Below are positions 48,877 to 64,000 of a stretch of DNA of 64,000 bases, one piece after another. A program made the position numbers and the translations under genes. Below the pieces are notes generated by a model. It was given only the letters and a program-made list of their open reading frames with translations, was not told the DNA's origin and searched no databases. The DNA is from the human T2T-CHM13v2.0 reference genome, Homo sapiens, in NCBI RefSeq assembly GCF_009914755.1, contig NC_060940.1; one strand, given 5' to 3'. Each line of letters opens with the position of its first letter. Position 1 is the first letter of the stretch.

Positions 48877-50267
48877 CTGCAAAGGAAGTTACAGCCCTGG
48901 TGAGTGGGAACAGCTGAACTGCATCATCCTCAACCTCCCTACCCCTGCCCCCGGTCCTGGCTGTTCCCATTGACAAGAGGCAACAGCAGATGGCAAATGT
49001 AGACAGCAGCTCCTCTTCTAACTGGAAAACGTCCCTCATCTCGGTCCATTACCAAGCGTTCAACCTGGTTCCCAACTCTGGTAATTAGGTTATCGAGCTC
49101 ACTGTAGAGCTGAGATGAGAAATCATCTTTCTACGGTGCGACCCTTCCGAACACTCCTCCCACTTCTGAGGTACCTGTGGGCTCCCAACTCCTAACAGAG
49201 GTTCTGCAGCTTGAGACCCCACTTGTTTTTCTGACCATCTTGAACCGACGGGCTTGCTGTGCAGGAACAATCACCCCGACCCCAGCAGAGCCCGCATTCC
49301 GCGAGGCATCCTGTGGTACCACGGGGGAATGGCCTAGCCCCCTGGGCTGGGTCAGGCTGGCGGGGGCTAACCCCCACTTCTCCAACTCCACCGTGGCGGA
49401 TCTAACTGGGGCCGAAGAGCGTGTTTGCCTCAGAGAGCAAGGGAGCAGAAAGCAGACGCCAGGCTGTCAGGTAACAGCGGAACTAGGGGACCTCTCCTCG
49501 CCCCTGCGTCCTATCTGAGCGGGCTCTGCCCCACAGGAGCTTCTATCCGTCCTGAGGCCTCTCCGCTCCCGCATCCCACTTCGCTCCTGCGGGAGGTCCG
49601 GCGTATGAACCGCGACCACTTCTGCGCTCTCGCGGAGTCGGGCAGAAGAGACGCGCGCGCTGCTCCAGCAGCCCCGGTCCCCGCCGCCCGCACCTGAGAT
49701 CTGCACCGCCTGGAAGCGGGGCACGCAGGCCAGGAAGCCGGCGACGCTCTCGCAGCCCTCGGGAAAGGTGACCAGGCGGCTGTCAAGCACTCGCAGGCTG
49801 GGGTTCACGAACACGCGCAGGGGGAAGGGCTCCATTTGGCGGAGCGCGCGCTGGCGGGGCGGGCACTCCCGACACAGCGCCTCGGGGAGCTCCAGCGCCA
49901 GCACCTGCCGCGGCACCCCCAGCTGCGGCGCGCTTAGGCCCACGCAGCGCCGCCGCCGCATCACCTGGACCAGCCGTTGCGTCAGCCGCTGCAGCTCGGG
50001 CCCGCCTAGCTGCGCCCGCTCCACCGGGGCCGCCACGCCGCGCAGCACCGGGTCCCCGACTTGGCACACGTGCGAGAACGGCGGTTCGGGAGGACCCAGC
50101 ACCAGACGCCTCAGGTGGCGCCAATAGGAGCGCCGCAGCGCCGGGCCCTCGACGCCGTCCGGGGCGGCCGTGGAGCTGCAAGCCCGGACACCGACGGCTG
50201 CCGCCCCGCCCCACGGCACGGCCGCCCACAGTGGCCGAAGACTCAGCGCGCCCCACAGCCGGGCCAT
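48719..50267 (-). CDS. PDF: Mitochondrial peptide deformylase, 243 aa: complement(join(48719..48876,49694..50267))
   Basis: Perfect Kozak GCCGCCATGG; motifs [15 protein letters not shown] and QHEMDHLQG; exons 574+158=732 nt. Confidence 0.97.
49694..50267 (-). CDS. PDF: PDF exon 1 coding part (presequence plus motifs I and II)
   Basis: ATG at 50267; TCAG|gtgcgg donor, phase 1. Confidence 0.96.
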
Positions 50268-50535
50268 GGCGGCCCCCTTAACAGTGACCCGGCCCGCCCC
50301 TTCCGGCCGCAGCGCGGGGCACGCCGGGAAGCGCCGTCGGCCAGCACACAGCGAAGCCGCGACTGGATCCCCGCCTTCCTGCTTAGACTGGCAGTGAGCA
50401 CCGCCCCCTTCCGCTCTCCTCCCGGGAGCGCCTTCCCGCCTCCCGAACCCGCCCCGGACCTTCCAGGGCGAGGCAGTCCTGGCCACCCCGCGCCGGGAAC
50501 CTCACGCACCGCGTTCTGGAGGCAGGGGACGCCGG

Positions 50536-59246
<8,711 letters not shown>

Positions 59247-59523
59247 CTTCCCAGCAACAACGTCACTTCCCTTCCGGACCACAAGGGGCGCTGACTCCGA
59301 ACTTAGGACAGGAAGAAACAGGCACATTTCCGGTCTCTATGCTTTCTCATCCGGCCGGCTTGCTTTCCCCTGCGGTCGTCCAGACTATTGGGCGCTAGCG
59401 AGACGAACTATTGGTACGGGGCTAGAGAGGAAGGCTTTGGGATTGCCGGGGAGCAGCGAGCGACCGACTTCCGTTTCCAGTTACCAAGGCACGAGGATCC
59501 GGTGTTCCAACCCAGGGGGAAAA

Positions 59524-61346
<1,823 letters not shown>

Positions 61347-61734
61347 AACGAAGCCATTCCAAGGACAGACGGCTGTATGGAAAGGCCGAGCTTTGTTTCC
61401 TGTGTTTGTGTGGACTCCACCATCATGTTGAATTTTGTCAACACTCTGACCTCTTCAGGGACTTCTTATTTACTGTACTCTCTATCACTGACAAATGCAG
61501 GCTGGATTCTTATTATATACAGAGATGGCTCAAAAATGGGGTTTCAGATCTTTGTGACGAAATAGAATACTGTTTCATATTTGAATCAGAGGGCTTCTTG
61601 TTCTGAGAAATAGGTTCAAAATCATTGGAACTAGGAACAAGAATAGCTTATTGTTATCTGTGATAACACTGTTTTCTAAACACAAGGATTTTCTTTTTTA
61701 TTAATATGCAACATAGACATTGCCATAACAGAAT

Positions 61735-61740
61735 AATAAA
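61735..61740 (+). terminator. NIP7 proximal poly(A) signal (further AATAAA at 62341 and 62766)
   Basis: Canonical hexamers in the 3'UTR. Confidence 0.55.
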
Positions 61741-62145
61741 CCACATGTGGGGTTTTAAAAATGAAATTTGGCTAATAGGAGCAATTCAGCTATTTTTCTA
61801 TACAGTAATTGGTGTGTGGTATAGAAGAAAAACGGGTTCAAACCCCACTTCTGCCACCTACCAGCTATATGGCCTTGAATGAGTCATTCAGCTTTAATAA
61901 GGTTCATTTTCTTCTGTTTAAAAAGACACAAAACTTGAAAATCAGCTTTGGCCATCTACCTGAGAATTAGAAAGTCTGATTTTTGGAATTAGAAATCATG
62001 ATTGTAGGCTGGGCACAGTGGCTCGCGCCTGTAATCCCAGCACTTTGGGAGGCCAAGGCGGACGGATCACTTGAGGTTAGGAGTTTGAGACCAGCCTGGC
62101 CAACATGGTGAAACCCCATCTCTACTAAAAAAAAAAAAAAAATTA

Positions 62146-62301
<156 letters not shown>

Positions 62302-62960
62302 CTAGTACAGTGTACAGTGCCTTGGAAATGATAGGTATGGAATAAATGGTAATTATTTTTATATTATATATATTATGTATTCCTGTTATTAAGTGTAGAG
62401 TTTTATGAGTATAATTTGATTTTATTACCTTCTTTTTTACAAGCTGTTTTCTCAGTATTTTTCTTGGATGGGATGATGCTAGGCTGGAAAGTTTTTTTCA
62501 TCACTATGATTTTATAAAACAATTTTTTCTATGAACCTTTACTTACTTGACTGGATTGGACTAAAAGCACTGATCAGAGGCCACGACATAAAAATTCAGT
62601 CCCTTTGTCCTTCCCCGTGCCTCCCAAAGTTACTTTAAGATCCTTAGAATATTTCTTTAAATATTTTATAGACAAAAAATTTAAAGACTATCTGTATTGC
62701 AAAATTAAACTATTTCTTTAATGAATATATTGCTTATTTTAAGTTCCAAAGGTGAAGTCTTTAAGAATAAAACATTACCAACTCCTGCTTTTATATGTAA
62801 GCAAACTTGATTGTGGCCTTTTTCAACTCATCTTCCTTCTAAGGTTTTCTGTTAGCCTCTAAGTAGACTCAGTGAAGGCTAAGGGACTGCTATATGATGA
62901 ACAGTATTTTGATGCATACATTTAATACATACTTCTTCAGAACTTTTTCACTGTTATGAT

Positions 62961-62966
62961 TTTATT
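62961..62966 (-). terminator. TMED6 poly(A) signal AATAAA (TTTATT on +)
   Basis: Lies ~135 nt downstream of the TMED6 stop. Confidence 0.65.
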
Positions 62967-63100
62967 GCCATTTTGCTTTTTTAGATGTGTGCAGCAGACT
63001 AAAACATTAATGAGATAATTGATTTTTGTCCCATAACATTACAAAGCTGATTCGACTAAGCCCCAGAAGAAAACAGCCAGGGTGCTATAGTCACCTTAGC

Positions 63101-63334
<234 letters not shown>

Positions 63335-63689
63335 CTATGAGAGAGACAATTTTAAGGGGGATTCTTCCAAACCCCCATCTAGCCTCACCTGAGCGCTCAC
63401 TAGCACTAACCTATCTCAAGTCAAATAATTTACCCATATGATTTTAAGATGTACAATACAATGATAGTTGTTAAATGTTGTGTTTGCTATGTATGAAATA
63501 TGGTCTGGATTTGAGTTTAAAATTTTTGTTTTTGTTTTATGAGACAGGGTCTCACTTGTTTGCCCAGGCAGGAGTACAGTGGCGCAGTCACAGCTCACTG
63601 CAGCCTCAACCTTCTGCGCTCAAGTGATCTTCCCACCTCAGCCTCCCTAGTAGCTGGGACTACAGGCACATGCCACTACACCCAGCTAA

Positions 63690-63839
<150 letters not shown>

Positions 63840-64000
63840 TAAATAATGGAAAACTTCAGTACTTAAACTAGAGAGCTCTTCCAGAGGACCTCTAGATTTA
63901 GATGTACTCAGCATGTCGTTACCATTCCAGGTGATGTTTTATGTTCTCTGTATATGGTAGAAGACAAGGGCCTGTGGACTTTTTATTAAAAGGCCAGATG

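Noticed and set aside
50268-50486. 73-codon in-frame N-terminal extension of PDF (GTG start), or COG8 stop read-through into PDF
   Set aside because: The PDF ATG has a perfect Kozak context and an extension would bury the presequence; the COG8 frame is offset from PDF (271 nt, not a multiple of 3) and the PDF frame has a TGA at 50502-50504

Overview
Human (primate) genomic DNA, Alu-dense. I recognise it from the encoded proteins as the chr16q22.1 cluster. On the + strand: the last three coding exons and ~8.1 kb 3'UTR of SNTB2, then complete VPS4A (11 exons, 437 aa). Converging on the - strand: complete COG8 (5 coding exons, 612 aa), with PDF (2 exons, 243 aa) starting just downstream of the COG8 stop and sharing its terminal exon. 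NIP7 (+, 5 exons, 180 aa) is head-to-head with COG8, and the last exon of TMED6 (-) is tail-to-tail with NIP7. All exon boundaries were read by eye; all are GT-AG and sum to intact frames. Repeats include a 5'-truncated SVA, dozens of Alus, old L1/L2/MIR, Tigger3a, MER58, and THE1 and MLT1 LTRs. I found no foreign or prokaryotic system, RNA gene or CRISPR array. The most interesting signals concern how tightly the genes interlock: a palindromic back-to-back poly(A) signal pair where VPS4A meets PDF/COG8; phase-compatible in-frame chimeras (COG8 ex4 to PDF ex2, SNTB2 ex6 to VPS4A ex2); an AUG-AAA-UGA mini-uORF overlapping the VPS4A start; two frame-preserving stop-free VPS4A introns; a duplicated DR2 element; and an L1-derived fold-back hairpin in COG8 intron 4. 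Repeat boundaries are approximate and subfamily names come from memory of consensus sequences.
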